Program-made: the position numbers and the translations under genes
Part shown: positions 28,808 through 40,888 of the stretch, one piece after another
Layout of the letters: every line of letters starts with the position of its first letter
Position numbering within the stretch: position 1 is the stretch's first letter
Assembly (NCBI GenBank): GCA_010909165.1
Contig: MU008162.1
Location: 620,001-684,000 of the forward strand
Direction: 5' to 3'
DNA length: 64,000 nucleotides
DNA from: Anthoceros angustus
Lineage: Eukaryota; Plantae; Anthocerotophyta
Notes under the pieces: generated by a model
What the model was told of the DNA's origin: nothing
The model's input: only the letters and a program-made list of their open reading frames with translations
Databases searched by the model: none

Positions 28808-30007
28808 CCTTGGGGCACACAAGCACTGCCTGCCTTGCACTCACTTATAAGCTAGACTCTCATCTCGGACGCTTCACTTCTCCTCTCGCTCACCCTCCTC
28901 CATCACTACAGACCACGCCGTCCATCACGGCAACATGAGAACTACGAGCGCAGCATGAGCTCCATCAACCCTATCTACTCCCGGTCCGGTTTGCTCTCCC
29001 CTTGGCCAGCTTGCGACATCCTCCAAACCACGCCGATCATCCTGACAACCGCAGCTCGCACCTCTGCCCAGCCCTCGTGGGCAGCAGCGGTGGTGCTCAG
29101 CCCCTGTGCTGCCAAGCATCCATCATGCTTCTGCCAACCATCTTCATCTGACCCGCGGCACAATTCCCCACAATCGCCACAAACCCCCTGCAAATTTTGG
29201 TTTTGTTGCCAAATTTGGTGTCCCAATTCTTCCAACACCTGGATACCCGGATTACCTAGCTGCCATGCTTCGAATCATCCAGGCCCAGCCGCGTCCGCAC
29301 CAAATTTGAGCTCTCAAAGCGGGAAGAAATCGCTAAAGAGCGGCAAAAAAAAGAGGGGTTGTAGGAAGCCAAGTCAATCTAAAGCAAGGGCCCAGTGAGA
29401 GAAAGAGGGCAAGTAGGCGACGCAGCCAACAACAACAGTGCCGCACTTTGCTTATAAAACGGCACCATTGCACCTCTTGTCGAGATCAACTGCCGATAAA
29501 GGATTCTTCCTTCCTACACTACACATACACATAGGTCCTAGATATTTTTTTTTAGTGAATCTGTCATTTATATTTTTATCTAATTTACAGGCCCTAGGGC
29601 AAATCATATCAGGCGGCCTCCAAGAGCTTCACCATGGGCAGGCCTCCAAGTTCCGGGAGTGAGTGGGGATGGATGGCAATGACCCCACGGGAGAATTGCT
29701 TAACAAACTCCTGGCTGCTCTTGGCATTCCTCAAGGGAGGACCATAGGTGATAGATAGATATATTAGTGCCTTAGGTCTCTCAATCAAATTTTGGTATAT
29801 TACAAAATTAAAACTTAGTTTACTTAAATGAACTTAACAAAGGTCTTGCCATATACAATCTCACACACACTCCCCATGCGACTAGGACCAACTCAGCGAA
29901 CTAGTCTTTGATTTTTATATTTGTGTTTGTGGGATGTAGGGCTACTTCCATTGTGGGCAGCCTTGGGCATTATGTGAGAATTAGATTGGATTGGGTTGAA
30001 TGCCTCT

Positions 30008-30190
30008 TAGCTTTCCAAGCTCCGAGGATGTCTTCCAGACTTACTAGCTTCCCAAGCCCCGGGGATGTCCTCCATACCTACTAGCTTCTCAAGCTTCGAG
30101 GATGTGCTCCAGTCCTAGGAGCTTGTTAGCTACCCAAGCTCTTGGGTATTTTTCAGGCCTGCTAGCTTCCCAGAACTCCCAGGATGGCAT
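30008..30190. repeat. Degenerate ~37-bp tandem repeat, about 5 copies
   Basis: tagcttcccaagctccgaggatgtc-like units. Confidence 0.6.
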
Positions 30191-30270
30191 CTACCTTCGA
30201 GCTTGGGGCAGCTAAATTGAATAGTTGTAGCGTTTCATTAGGGTAAAGAGTCACGTCGTTTCAGTTTTTA

Positions 30271-30478
30271 GTTTAGTTATGTCTTTTCAGCATAAACTAT
30301 TATTGATTGATTTATTCTTTTTTGATATACAATCAATTACTCTTTACCCTAATTATTCACTTGACCCAAGTGTCTAGTTTAGTTGTCTTTTCAGCATAAG
30401 CTATTATTGATTGATCGATTCTTTCTTGATATACAATCAATTACTCTTTACCCTAATTATTCACTTGACCCAAGTGTC
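30271..30478. repeat. ~105-bp near-perfect tandem duplication
   Basis: gtcttttcagcataa...caattactctttaccctaattattcacttgacccaagtgtc occurs twice. Confidence 0.85.
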
Positions 30479-30689
30479 ACGTGACATGACAAGCAATGTT
30501 GAGCTCGGTGTGTAATACATTTTGCAAATCAACAAAGTACATTTTTCAATTGTACAAAAGTAAGGAAAGTGTTACCACTTGGCTAGTTTGGTGCATGTGT
30601 TCCAACTAGGCAGAGATTCAACTCGTATGTTGCATGTCCACGATGTTGATTGCGTTTAATGGTGAACTTATTCCAGTTATGAGCCTTAC

Positions 30690-30753
30690 CGAAAATGATA
30701 TAATCTAGCAATCTAGAGAATCGAAAACGATATAATCTAGCAATCTAGAGAAT
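30690..30753. repeat. 32-bp tandem duplication
   Basis: cgaaaa(t/c)gatataatctagcaatctagagaat twice. Confidence 0.85.
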
Positions 30754-31481
30754 CAAAGTGTAGAATCTTTTAATCCTATTTGCTACTATTATCCCTTATT
30801 ACTTTAGACTAATCCTAGAAAGTAGACCCAAATACTTTACTCAATTTGATTTGTATACCACAATTATCACATTTCAATCCGACCTTTGTAAAGGAATCTT
30901 GGAGAAACAATTAACCCATATGGGCACTGAAAGTTGTGCGCACACCGTAATATAGGTTTCTGTTCACTCAGAGTCTTACTGAGTTACGACATGATGGGCA
31001 TCGTACTTGATTATGCTAGAGTTTCCCTGTGTACGCGTTTCGTGCTCACTCTCTGGGGCTACCTCCTCCATTCCCGTTTCACTTCTACATGCCACGCTGC
31101 AGTGTAGGAATAGTAGTGGAATTCCACCTAACATCGGAAGCGCGCCCTCCGGTTCCAACGTTGCTCAGCATCTAAGGGCCGGGCACTTTGCGGTGTAGGT
31201 AGTAAATTCGAATTTCAAAACTAGTTGTGCTGGGGTGGAGGTCCGTTAAGAAAGGATCAGAGTGCGGCGTGGGACTGCGGGGTGTCGAGGCGGAACCTGC
31301 CCTGAGCTGAAGTTTCTGGATTCTTCCAGGGTTTTTTCTTCCGCTTCAGAAGACGGAACGCCAGCTGGAAGCGATGACAAAACCAGAACAGGAGGTCAGG
31401 ATGGGAATTCGTTAGCTCTGGACGGCAGGATCAGGGGCGGACACCAGGAGTGAGGCTGAAGTGCGCAGAGGGAATTGGAAG

Positions 31482-33102
31482 ATGGCTCGGGACAATGGCA
31501 TCGTGTACATAATGGCTCTTCATACCGCACAACAGTTTATGGCGCTTCGTCGCAAATCTACCGTGACAGCGGCGTTGATTGTAGCCAACACCTTGGTGCA
31601 TTTCCGGCCTGGACCGCTCGACAGGATCTTACCTCATTTGGAGGATGTCTGCTTGAATCCTAATCTCATTTTGGAGGTACTTGTGGCTATGGCTATTTTC
31701 CTTGTGGTTTAAACATGTTGTGTGCATGTATAGGTTGGATCCAGGGCTTTGATGGAGTCAGTCTCCTGAGCTGGGGTTGAGTGTGCTCTTGTCATTTTCC
31801 GGTGTTGCCTTATCCAGCTGCGGGCAGCTCCTCTGTCGGATCCAGGATGTTGCTGTTAGATTTCTGTTGCAGTCGAATTGGATTTGTACCGTGGCTCGTG
31901 TTTGACAATTCCGCTGCCTCTTGCATGACTGACGAGAAAATCACCAGGGTGCAAAAGGCGTGTGCGAGCGGATTGCGATCGCTATTGGATTAGGTCTTGC
32001 ACGAAGAAGTGCTGGTCGGGGTTCAACTCTGAGCATGCTGCAGGAGCTGTTCTCCTACGTTGTTTTTGATGGTTTGCTGCCCGACATCCGGGGAGTACGA
32101 ACCTCCTCTTGGGTTGCGAAGGTACTACATCTCAGACTTGGCTGCTTGCAGGGTTAAGGACCATCGCCATGAGGGGATGGCAAGTGTGTGAATGTGGGAT
32201 GTGAGGATAGACTCACTTAGCGGGTGATGCTTAGTCGCAAGGATGTGTTAGGAATGGCTCGCCCCTTGCGGTGACTCACAGGGTTGCTCTCTGATGTGCA
32301 GGCAAAGGACCTGAGGAGACTGGTTTTGTCGGCATTTTACCATGTCGATCACGCGCATTTGATATACAATATGACGTCATTGCTGTCGAAAGGAGTTGAT
32401 CTTGAGCGAACTCATGGCAGCAAGAAATTCGCAGTCATGGTGGCTGTGCTGCTGGGTCTTTCCCATGGACTCGTTGTCATGTCTTCTAAGCTGCTTGACA
32501 CCTTTGCCGGCATCTCAGGCCCTATGTACCGTTGCGGTGCGGGGTTCTCTGTTGTGCTTTTCGCGATGAAGGTGGTGTTAAGCCAGCATGCCCGATCCGA
32601 CCGCATCGATGTACTTGGTTTCATGGTGCCGACCCGCTACGCGCCTTGGGCAGAGCTTCTGCTTGTGCACGTAGCTTTCCGAGACTCCTCTTTCCTGGGC
32701 CACCTGTGTGGTATTCTGGCTGGTTTCATATACGTCCGATGGCCACGAGGATTCATCGGAGGCCTGACCTGGATAACCTCTCCGATTTGGATCTTACTTT
32801 GGCCGTTCTCCTGGGTCTGCACAAGGATCTGTCGCAGGATCATGCGCTGGGTTGGGCCAAGGTTTCCTGGGGAGTTTAACAGACTGACAGGGCCTGATCC
32901 TGCACGTCCTGATAGATGGCGTTGCCAGATTTGCAATGCTCACAATTCCGTGTTTCAGGAAATCTGTGAAATTTGCCACAACGAACGTCATGTTCCTGAT
33001 GCAACGCCATCGGATCCACGGGGGCCAGGTGGTTTTTTATCTCTCGAGGAAATGCGACAACGTCGACTTCAAAACCTTGCAAGACCTAGCAGAAGAAGAT
33101 AG
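31482..33102 (+). CDS. RBL14: Rhomboid-like protein of RBL14/RHBDL4 type with RanBP2 zinc finger (exons 31482-31676, 32302-33102)
   Basis: RLVLSAFYH...HLIYNM, GFS, FLGHLCGILAG, WRCQICNAHN...CEIC, and a terminal LEEMRQRRL VCP-binding-like motif. Confidence 0.88.
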
Positions 33103-35890
33103 CATCTTGACTGTTGTGGATACTTTCTCTCAGCCCATCCAGCAGTGAATGTATCTGGTGCAATTGTGGGTGCTGATTGTTTTGTACTTTGAACGTGTAT
33201 ACCATGTTGTTGAATTCCATCCAAGTCTGCCCAGGTTCCTTCTTCACGCCAGCAGCCCGCATTTTCTGCCTGATGTACACGCTCTCTCCCCAGTTACCAG
33301 CTCCAGCATAGATGTTTGACATCAAGACATATGCCGCAGCATCTGTTGCATCCAGCTGCAAGATATGCTCAAAAGCATGTCTCCCAAGCTCCACATTGCC
33401 ATGAATTTGGCAAGCCCCGAGCAAAGATGTCCAGACTACAATGCCTGCTTCAGATGGCATGCTCTTGATGAGGTCCTCTGCCTCATGGAGATATCCAGCA
33501 CGACCCAGCAGGTCCACCATACATGCGTAATGTTCCCTTTCGGGGGCAATGCTGAAGTCTTGAGACATGGACCTGAACAAAAGATATCCCTCATCCAACA
33601 AACCGCCATGGCTGCATGCGGAAAGGAGGCAGAGGAAGATCAGCATGTCCGGCTGTACGCCCTCTTGTTGCATTTGCTGAAACAGCTGAAGTGCCTTCTG
33701 GCCAGCACCACTCTGAGCATAGCCGTGGATGATGGCGTTCCAAGAGACCAGATCCCTTTCAGGTAGGTCGTTGAACACCTTGTGAGCATCTCTCAAACTC
33801 CCGCACTTGGCATACATGTCAACAAGAGCGCTGCCAACGTGTGTGTCAGACTCCAGTCTACTTCTCATGATGTGGGCATGGACCAGTTGCCCTTGATGTA
33901 GGGCTCCAATGTTGGAGCATGCTTTCAGGATACTCAGCAGTGTGACCTTGCTTGGCTGCACGCCGTCCTGTTGCATCTGCTGGAACAGGTCTAGGGCTTC
34001 CTGACTATTACCCAGATGAGCATATCCTGAGATTAGCGCATTCCATGTCACACGATCCTTTGTCACCAACCTTGCAAAGAGTTGGTGCGCATGCGACAGA
34101 GCCCCACACTTTGTGTACATATCAACCAGCGTATTTCCAATGGAAACATCTGACTCAAAGCCATTGAGCCTGATGTGGGCATGCACCAGCTTGCCATGCT
34201 CTAATGTGGTTCCAGCAGCGCACGCCTGCATCAGGCTGACGAGAGTGGCCCTGCTAGGCTGCACGCCCTCCTGTAGCATACTGTGAAAGAGGTGTAGCGC
34301 CATTTCACCTTCTCCGTGCTGGACATATCCTGCAATCATGGCATTCCACACCACAAGGTCTCTTGTCGTCAGACTATCAAACACGGTCTGTGCCTCTTCC
34401 AGGTCTCCACATTTAGCATACATATCAATGAGGACGCTACCAACATAGACATCCGCATCACAAAACTGAGCCCCAATGTGTCTATGAATCAACCTGCCCT
34501 GATCTAAGGCTTGCAAACTGGAACAAGACTTGAGCAAGCTGATGATTGTGACCTTGTCTGGTTGGATGCCTTCATCTTGCATCTGCCGGAAAAATTGAAT
34601 CACATTTTCATTACTGCCCTCATGAGCATGTGCAGCAAGAATAGCATTCCACAGCGTAACATCTCTCGCTGGCAACCTGCTGAACACATGCCGTGCATTG
34701 CCTAAGTTCCCACATCTGGCATACATGTCAATCAGGGATTCCCCAACAGATACATCCCACTCTAACCCACGTTCAATGACATATGCATGAACCACCCTTC
34801 CCTGATCAAGAGCTTGAATGCCAGAACAGGCTTTCAGAATGCTCACCAGTGCAACCTTGTTAGGCTGGACGCCCTCCCTGTGCATCGCTTCATACAGCTC
34901 AAGCGCTGCAACCCCATGCCCTTGCAGAGCATATCCCGCAAGCATGGTACTCCAGGTAACACCATCTTTCCACAAGAGTCTGTCGAACACCTCACGTGCA
35001 ACTTCCAGACTTCCAGATTTCACGTACATGTCCACGAGACTATTACCCACAAGCAGGTCTGACTCCAAACCAGCTTCAACGATGTATGCATGGACCTCCT
35101 TACCATGCTCTTGCACCGAGTCCGTAGAACATGCTTTCAAAATGCTGACCAGCATAACCTTGTCCGGCTGCAATCCCGTGGCCATCATCTGCTGGAACAG
35201 CTGCAGAGCCTCAGAACCATGCCCATGCCGTGCATACCCAGCTATTACAGCAGTCCAGGACACAAGGTCCCTTTCTCGCAATCCATCAAAAACCCTACGT
35301 GCATCCTCTAAGCTCCCACACTTCACATACATGTCAATAAGGGTGTTCCCGACAAATACATGACACTCACAACCACTTTCCACGGCATGAGCATGAATCA
35401 ACTTGCCATCAGCAAGGGCTGCCATGCTGCCACAGGCCTTGAGGGCAGCTACAAACACGTATTCATTGGGCTGCACACTCGACTCCCGCATCCTATAGTA
35501 CAGCTTCAAACCCTGCTCAGCTCCTCCCTGGTTTCCATAACCTGAAATTATGGACGCCCATGCATAGACATCCAAGTAAGGCAGCTTCTCAAACACCTCA
35601 CTTGCTTCCGCCAAGCTCCCACAAGCTGCATACATACGGATGAGATGGCTGCCCAGGAAAGAATTGCCCTCCAACCCACTTGCAACAATAAGGGAATGCA
35701 CTTCTCTGCCACCCCCCAAGTCCTTCTCTTTCAAGCAGCCCTGCAGCCGCTGGTACAGCACGTCCCTCCAAACCATGCCTTGCTCATCCACATGGTCCAC
35801 TGCCTGTAAAGCCAGCCTCCTAACTTTCAAAGTTACAAGAACCTGGTGTGCCCTCTTTGCCCATCTCTTCACACTACCGCCCACGAGCAT
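33086..35890 (-). CDS. Intronless PLS-class PPR protein, E/E+ type, no DYW deaminase domain
   Basis: Repeated P-L-S triplets; E1/E2 region (HYACMVDLLGRAG, VWTSLLGAC, YVLMSNIYA); PG box KKEPGQTW and HPQ, then stop without HxE/CxxC/DYW. Confidence 0.93.
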   Translation of the reverse strand: MLVGGSVKRWAKRAHQVLVTLKVRRLALQAVDHVDEQGMVWRDVLYQRLQGCLKEKDLGGGREVHSLIVASGLEGNSFLGSHLIRMYAACGSLAEASEVFEKLPYLDVYAWASIISGYGNQGGAEQGLKLYYRMRESSVQPNEYVFVAALKACGSMAALADGKLIHAHAVESGCECHVFVGNTLIDMYVKCGSLEDARRVFDGLRERDLVSWTAVIAGYARHGHGSEALQLFQQMMATGLQPDKVMLVSILKACSTDSVQEHGKEVHAYIVEAGLESDLLVGNSLVDMYVKSGSLEVAREVFDRLLWKDGVTWSTMLAGYALQGHGVAALELYEAMHREGVQPNKVALVSILKACSGIQALDQGRVVHAYVIERGLEWDVSVGESLIDMYARCGNLGNARHVFSRLPARDVTLWNAILAAHAHEGSNENVIQFFRQMQDEGIQPDKVTIISLLKSCSSLQALDQGRLIHRHIGAQFCDADVYVGSVLIDMYAKCGDLEEAQTVFDSLTTRDLVVWNAMIAGYVQHGEGEMALHLFHSMLQEGVQPSRATLVSLMQACAAGTTLEHGKLVHAHIRLNGFESDVSIGNTLVDMYTKCGALSHAHQLFARLVTKDRVTWNALISGYAHLGNSQEALDLFQQMQQDGVQPSKVTLLSILKACSNIGALHQGQLVHAHIMRSRLESDTHVGSALVDMYAKCGSLRDAHKVFNDLPERDLVSWNAIIHGYAQSGAGQKALQLFQQMQQEGVQPDMLIFLCLLSACSHGGLLDEGYLLFRSMSQDFSIAPEREHYACMVDLLGRAGYLHEAEDLIKSMPSEAGIVVWTSLLGACQIHGNVELGRHAFEHILQLDATDAAAYVLMSNIYAGAGNWGESVYIRQKMRAAGVKKEPGQTWMEFNNMVYTFKVQNNQHPQLHQIHSLLDGLRESIHNSQDAIFFC

Positions 35891-36188
35891 CGCAGACACC
35901 AAAAACCATCACAAACATTTTCCCGTTTCTGGGTCCCGGAAAGGAACGGTGCTTATCGTAGACAAGTACGTCATCCAATGGCGATCATCGAACTCTACCA
36001 CATCGAGCTTTGGGCCCAGTTTTCTTGTCAACCGCGCATCGAAACTGCAAGGCCAGGGGCAGATGAAAGCGTGGAAAAGCTGCAGAAGCTCCAGTATTTG
36101 GACAGTTATGGAAGATTCAGTATTTTACAACAACGCCCAGCTACAGAGGCTTTGTAGATTAAAACAATGGTATACAATAACACAGGGT

Positions 36189-39100
36189 TTACAGGTTTAG
36201 CAGGTTGGAGAGCGAGTTGAGGCCATTGACGATCCACTGTCGTTGCTGGTTTGGGTGAGTCAGATTGAGCTCAAACATCTCCTTGGAGGGCAGATTGCCA
36301 GGCTCCCAGAAACCCACAATCCTGGCCACCACCTCAGCGCTTGCTTGGACGTGGTCCAGGTCGCAGCTGGTCCATAGCCGCTGCGCAAGCTGCAACCTGC
36401 GCTGCTTGGAATCTACAGGCACGTCCCACCGGAAGTAGAGCTCCTCCTTCTCCTCCATGGTCAGCCTGGTGCGCATCCGGCGGGCAAGCAGCTCCCTCTC
36501 CCGCCGAAGAGAGCGGGCGCTAGCAGACAGTGGAGTGCCCAGCTCATCTTGGAACAGACTCTTGATCGGGCTGGGGCTGAAGCTGGGATTGGGGCTGTTC
36601 ATGATGCATGGGTCGGAACCGTTCTCATGCAGCCATGTGAGGCGACGCAACTCCACCTCCATGTAGATGGCGTCTGCTGGGTCGCCTCTGAAGAGGAGGT
36701 AGAACTGGGTCCTGTGGATGATGGACACTTGGCAGATGTGCCACAGCTCGATGATGAGGTTCCGCTGGACCTCGTACTGGGCGTGCCATGGCAGGGTCTG
36801 CGGTGTGGGAGCTGGTTGAAGGAGCTCCACTGCGCCTGCTTCCTCCTGTTCCTGTGGGGACACCTCTCCGGGAACTGACTTGTTGGCTTCCAGTTCCAGC
36901 ACCTGGCACATTAGTAGCTGCTTCTGGTACTGCAGCTTGGAGACCCGCTCCTTGAGCTCGCTTACGTAGGCCCGGATGCTCTTGATGTTCTCCTCTGCTG
37001 CGGTCTTGAACAGATTTTGCATCTTGCGCACATCCACAGAATTCTTCTTCTTTTGGGTCTCCTTGGATGCATCTCCCTCCTTGCCTTGAGACCTGGTGTT
37101 GTTGCTGGGTGTGCGAGGAGATGGAGGAGGAACGTTTTCGTTGTTCTCACTCCTCCTGGTGCCAGGTGAGCCTGGGGAGCAAGGCGGGCTGCCCGCCAGC
37201 AACCTGTACCTGATGTTGCCGCTCACTCCAAACGGCATAGTTTTCTTCTTCTTCACCGGAGTGCCCGAAGAAGGTGCTGCTGGTGAGGCCTCCTCGGAGG
37301 CCACTGGGGATGCCGGCACTGATTCCATGAGCAATTTGTCCAGAGATATTTGGACATTCTCTAGCTGAGCTTCCAAGGTGGCAATGGTTGCCTCTGTGTT
37401 GTACTTCTCCTCCCCAAGCGCTTGCAACCTGGATAGCTCCTGGTGCATGGACTTCCTCATGCTGACAGTAGTCACTGCAAGAGTAGAGCTTCCTTGCTCG
37501 GACCGGCTTGGGTTGGTCCTGAGGGAGTGCATTGACTGGATCTCCGACCGAAGCTTAGATATGGCAGCAGCTGCATCCTCGTTCATGCCAGACTGTGCTA
37601 GACGCAAGCATTCAACCTCCTTCTGGAGGGCCTCCAGAGCCCGACCCGCATCCTCCCCGAGCTCGTCCTGTAAATGTTCAAGCTTGTGAATCTCCTGAAC
37701 CAGCATGAGGGCCGACTCTGACCGTCTGACACTCAGACCTGGTTGCCTTATGCTGAGGTGGTCTGCAAGAGTGACATTGCGCTGCGGCGAGAGCTGCTGG
37801 TCTGCCTGAGGCACTGGCTCCTCAGTAGGCTGCACCACCTTCTTGGCTTCTTGTTCCTCTGCCAGTTTCTTCTTCACTTCCTCGAGCTCTCCTTCCAGTC
37901 TCATCCTGACCTCATCGAGCTCTCCTTCCAGTCTCCTCCTGACCTCATCGAGCTCTCCTCCCATTTTCATCTTCACCTCCTCCAGCTCTGCTTGAACAGC
38001 TTCGAGCTCTCCTTCCATTTTCCTTCTCACCTCCTCAATCTCTCCTTGAGCAGCGTCTCGCTGCCTTTTCAATTCTTTAAGCTCGAGAACCATCCTCTCG
38101 CCTCCTTCCACTTTCCGTTTAACCTCCTCAAGCTCCCCTTGAGCCACGTCGCGCTGCCGTTGCAACTCGAGAACTCTTCTCTCGTCTCCTTCAAGTCTCC
38201 GTCTCACCTCCTCAAGCTCTGCCTGGGCAGCGTCTCGCTGCCGTTGCAACTCTTCCAGCTCGAGAACCCTTCTCTCGGCTCCTTCTACTCTCCGGCTCAC
38301 CGCCTTAAGCTCTGCTTGGGCAGCGTCTCGCTGCCGTTGCAATTCTTCCAGCTCGAGAACCCTTTTCTCATCTCCTTCCAGTCTTCGTTTCACCTCCTCG
38401 AGCTCGGCTTGAGCAGCGTCTCGCTGCCGTTGCAACTTGGTCACCTCCTCAGCCATTCTCTCATCTTCCTCCAACCTCCTTTTCACCTCCTCCAGCTCTT
38501 CTTTAGCAGCATCTCGCTGCCGTTGCAACTCTTTCAGCTCGAGAGCCATTCTCTCATCCTCTTCCAGTCTCCGCTTCACCTCCTCAAGCTCTCCTCGAGC
38601 TGCGTCTCGCTGCCGTTGCAACTCTTTCAGCTCGAGAGCTATTCTCTCATCCTCTTCCAGTCTCCTCTTCGCCTCCTCAAGCTCTCCTCGAGCGGCATCT
38701 CGCTGCCGTTGCAACTCTTTCAACTCGATATCCATCCTCTCAATCTCCAGGTCCTTAGACAGCAACAACGCCTCAGTGGACATGGAAACCGCCGCCAGTT
38801 CAGGAGTCCTCCTCTCCGCCTCAAGCCTTGCCACCTCTCTCTGCAGCTGCTTCACAAGCAGCTTGTCAGAAATGACGACATTCACCTCAGCCTTGTTCGT
38901 CACCTCCTTCGCCCGAGTTGCAAAGGACAGAGTGTTCCTCGTCTGCTCAGCATGACTATGAGCAGGACTCATGGTACAGATGATTGCAGTCCTCGCATTC
39001 CCTCCAAGAGAATTCTGCAGAATCCGGGTAAGCTTGGAGTCCCTATAGGGGATATGCCCGCTGTTCCCACCACTGAGCTTCCTGATCACCGTCCCAAGCG

Positions 39101-39938
39101 TGAGCAGGCTCCGATTGATGTAAGTCCCTTCTTTCAGCCTGGCACCCTCAGCCTGAGTCTGCGATGCCCTCTCACTCCCAGCCAAATCCACGAAGTTCAG
39201 GCTCGCCACCAAGGCGGCAGCACTGGGAGCAACCTCACCAGGACCCGCCCTCGCGAAACTCTCCACGCTAACCCGGATGATCTGGTGAGACCTGGAGCTG
39301 GTGTCATTCAGGCTGGTCTGCCCAACCTGCCTTTGCGCCTCGCACACTGCCAGAATCCTCCGCAGGTGATCCATGTCCCGAATCACCTCCTCCACAATCT
39401 TTTCCACAATAGTCCCCTTCTCCGGATCATCCAGCAGCTTCAGCCCCTGCCCACCCCCACTCCCAGCCTCCGGATGCAGCAGGTCCCTCACCGCCTCGTT
39501 GTAGATCTCCATAGCCGAGACCTTGAGCACAAATTCCCTATCCTCCTTTCTCCGGATGTACTCATAAATGTCCCGAACAGCGCACTCCATGATCCCGCGC
39601 ATGGTGTACGTCTTCCCACTGCTCGTCTGGCCATAGGCAAAAATGGTGGAATTCAAGCCAGTGAGCGCAGACAACGACACATCCTTGGCCCCATCCTCAT
39701 ATACCCGCTGGGTCGCACATTCCGGCCCAAACACCCGATCAAACACATAGGAAGAAGGCAATGCCGACCTTTCCGCAGGCCTCTCCCGCTCCCCAGACGC
39801 CGGCTTGAACACCACAGTGTGCTCATTCAAGCAAACCCAGTCCGCAGTCTCCCCTTGCGCAACCTCCTTCCCATTCAGCGGCCTCACTCGCACAGTCACG
39901 AAAATCTTCTCCTCTCGCACCTTCGACCGGGCCATCAT
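36189..39938 (-). CDS. NACK: Kinesin-7, NACK/HINKEL/TETRASPORE type, intronless
   Basis: Motor motifs [29 protein letters not shown]; NACK tail [33 protein letters not shown] and DUF3490-like [28 protein letters not shown]. Confidence 0.93.
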   Translation of the reverse strand: MMARSKVREEKIFVTVRVRPLNGKEVAQGETADWVCLNEHTVVFKPASGERERPAERSALPSSYVFDRVFGPECATQRVYEDGAKDVSLSALTGLNSTIFAYGQTSSGKTYTMRGIMECAVRDIYEYIRRKEDREFVLKVSAMEIYNEAVRDLLHPEAGSGGGQGLKLLDDPEKGTIVEKIVEEVIRDMDHLRRILAVCEAQRQVGQTSLNDTSSRSHQIIRVSVESFARAGPGEVAPSAAALVASLNFVDLAGSERASQTQAEGARLKEGTYINRSLLTLGTVIRKLSGGNSGHIPYRDSKLTRILQNSLGGNARTAIICTMSPAHSHAEQTRNTLSFATRAKEVTNKAEVNVVISDKLLVKQLQREVARLEAERRTPELAAVSMSTEALLLSKDLEIERMDIELKELQRQRDAARGELEEAKRRLEEDERIALELKELQRQRDAARGELEEVKRRLEEDERMALELKELQRQRDAAKEELEEVKRRLEEDERMAEEVTKLQRQRDAAQAELEEVKRRLEGDEKRVLELEELQRQRDAAQAELKAVSRRVEGAERRVLELEELQRQRDAAQAELEEVRRRLEGDERRVLELQRQRDVAQGELEEVKRKVEGGERMVLELKELKRQRDAAQGEIEEVRRKMEGELEAVQAELEEVKMKMGGELDEVRRRLEGELDEVRMRLEGELEEVKKKLAEEQEAKKVVQPTEEPVPQADQQLSPQRNVTLADHLSIRQPGLSVRRSESALMLVQEIHKLEHLQDELGEDAGRALEALQKEVECLRLAQSGMNEDAAAAISKLRSEIQSMHSLRTNPSRSEQGSSTLAVTTVSMRKSMHQELSRLQALGEEKYNTEATIATLEAQLENVQISLDKLLMESVPASPVASEEASPAAPSSGTPVKKKKTMPFGVSGNIRYRLLAGSPPCSPGSPGTRRSENNENVPPPSPRTPSNNTRSQGKEGDASKETQKKKNSVDVRKMQNLFKTAAEENIKSIRAYVSELKERVSKLQYQKQLLMCQVLELEANKSVPGEVSPQEQEEAGAVELLQPAPTPQTLPWHAQYEVQRNLIIELWHICQVSIIHRTQFYLLFRGDPADAIYMEVELRRLTWLHENGSDPCIMNSPNPSFSPSPIKSLFQDELGTPLSASARSLRRERELLARRMRTRLTMEEKEELYFRWDVPVDSKQRRLQLAQRLWTSCDLDHVQASAEVVARIVGFWEPGNLPSKEMFELNLTHPNQQRQWIVNGLNSLSNLLNL
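37863..38730 (-). repeat. 93-bp (31-aa) coding tandem repeat, about 8 copies, plus 33-bp (11-aa) sub-repeats in the kinesin stalk
   Basis: [31 protein letters not shown]-type units followed by [11 protein letters not shown]-type units. Confidence 0.92.
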
Positions 39939-40888
39939 TTCCACCAAGACTCTCCACTCCCTCTCCCGTCTTCCCCCTTCCCGCCACCTCCACTACAGCA
40001 TTTTCCGTCTCAGAATTGCGGAAGCTCAAGAAGCGTCAGACTGCGGACCGCGGTAGAGCTCAATTTATGGAGAGGAAGGAAAGGATGCCAGGCTCCATTG
40101 CCTGTGGAGCTGGCGGAGCTTGTATCAACTGGAGTTATGGCGGACGCGAGTTCAAAACGGAACGAGTGGGAACCGGGATTGTTTACCCCTGGTTTAGGGT
40201 TTAGGGGGACGATAGATTCCGGTTCGCTCTGACATACTCACAAGGAGCCGTTACAACACAGAGCCGTTGCGGTTCAAACGAGCAACGGCGCTGGCCAGTT
40301 AAGCAGCCTGGAGGTCTGGGCCAGGGCTCAATGCCGTTGGCCACGGGATGGACTCACCGAGATGAAATAACTGTGTCTTCATTCTCCGTCGGCGACTCGG
40401 GGGAAAGGGAGTCTGGAGCGCTGTCTGGCGATTGCATCTGCTTGTGTTTTGCTTTCTCTTCAGTGTGACTGCTGCTGTCGAGAGCGGCCAGGGCGTAGTA
40501 GCTTGCTTGGTTCCCTGTGTTTTTTTTTCTGGTACTACAGCACCAGGCTTGTGTTGCGTGGTTTACTTGAGTGCGTGTTTGCTGTTTTGTGTTTTCGGTG
40601 GATGCTTGTGCGATTCTTCCGGCGGCCAACAAGGAGCAGGAAGCTTTGGACAGTTTCCTTCTGCCGGAGGAGGATATTCTGCTGCTGTTCGGTGAAGAAC
40701 TTCGAGGCAGGCATTGCCTGCGGGTGGATTTCCTCACTCCGTTCATGTGAGTATGATGGTGGAATTTGTTGAAATATCTTAGAAGAGCGGGATGCCGATG
40801 CGTGTGTTAGGTTGAGTGAGCAGATATTGCTGGAGTTAGAGGATGGATGTGTGTGTTGTTTCTCACGGATTTTGTGTGCTTTGGCAGG

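Noticed and set aside
37743-40232. 829-aa plus-strand ORF
   Set aside because: Antisense shadow of the GC-rich, repeat-containing kinesin CDS; Leu/Ser/Phe/His-rich with no domain.
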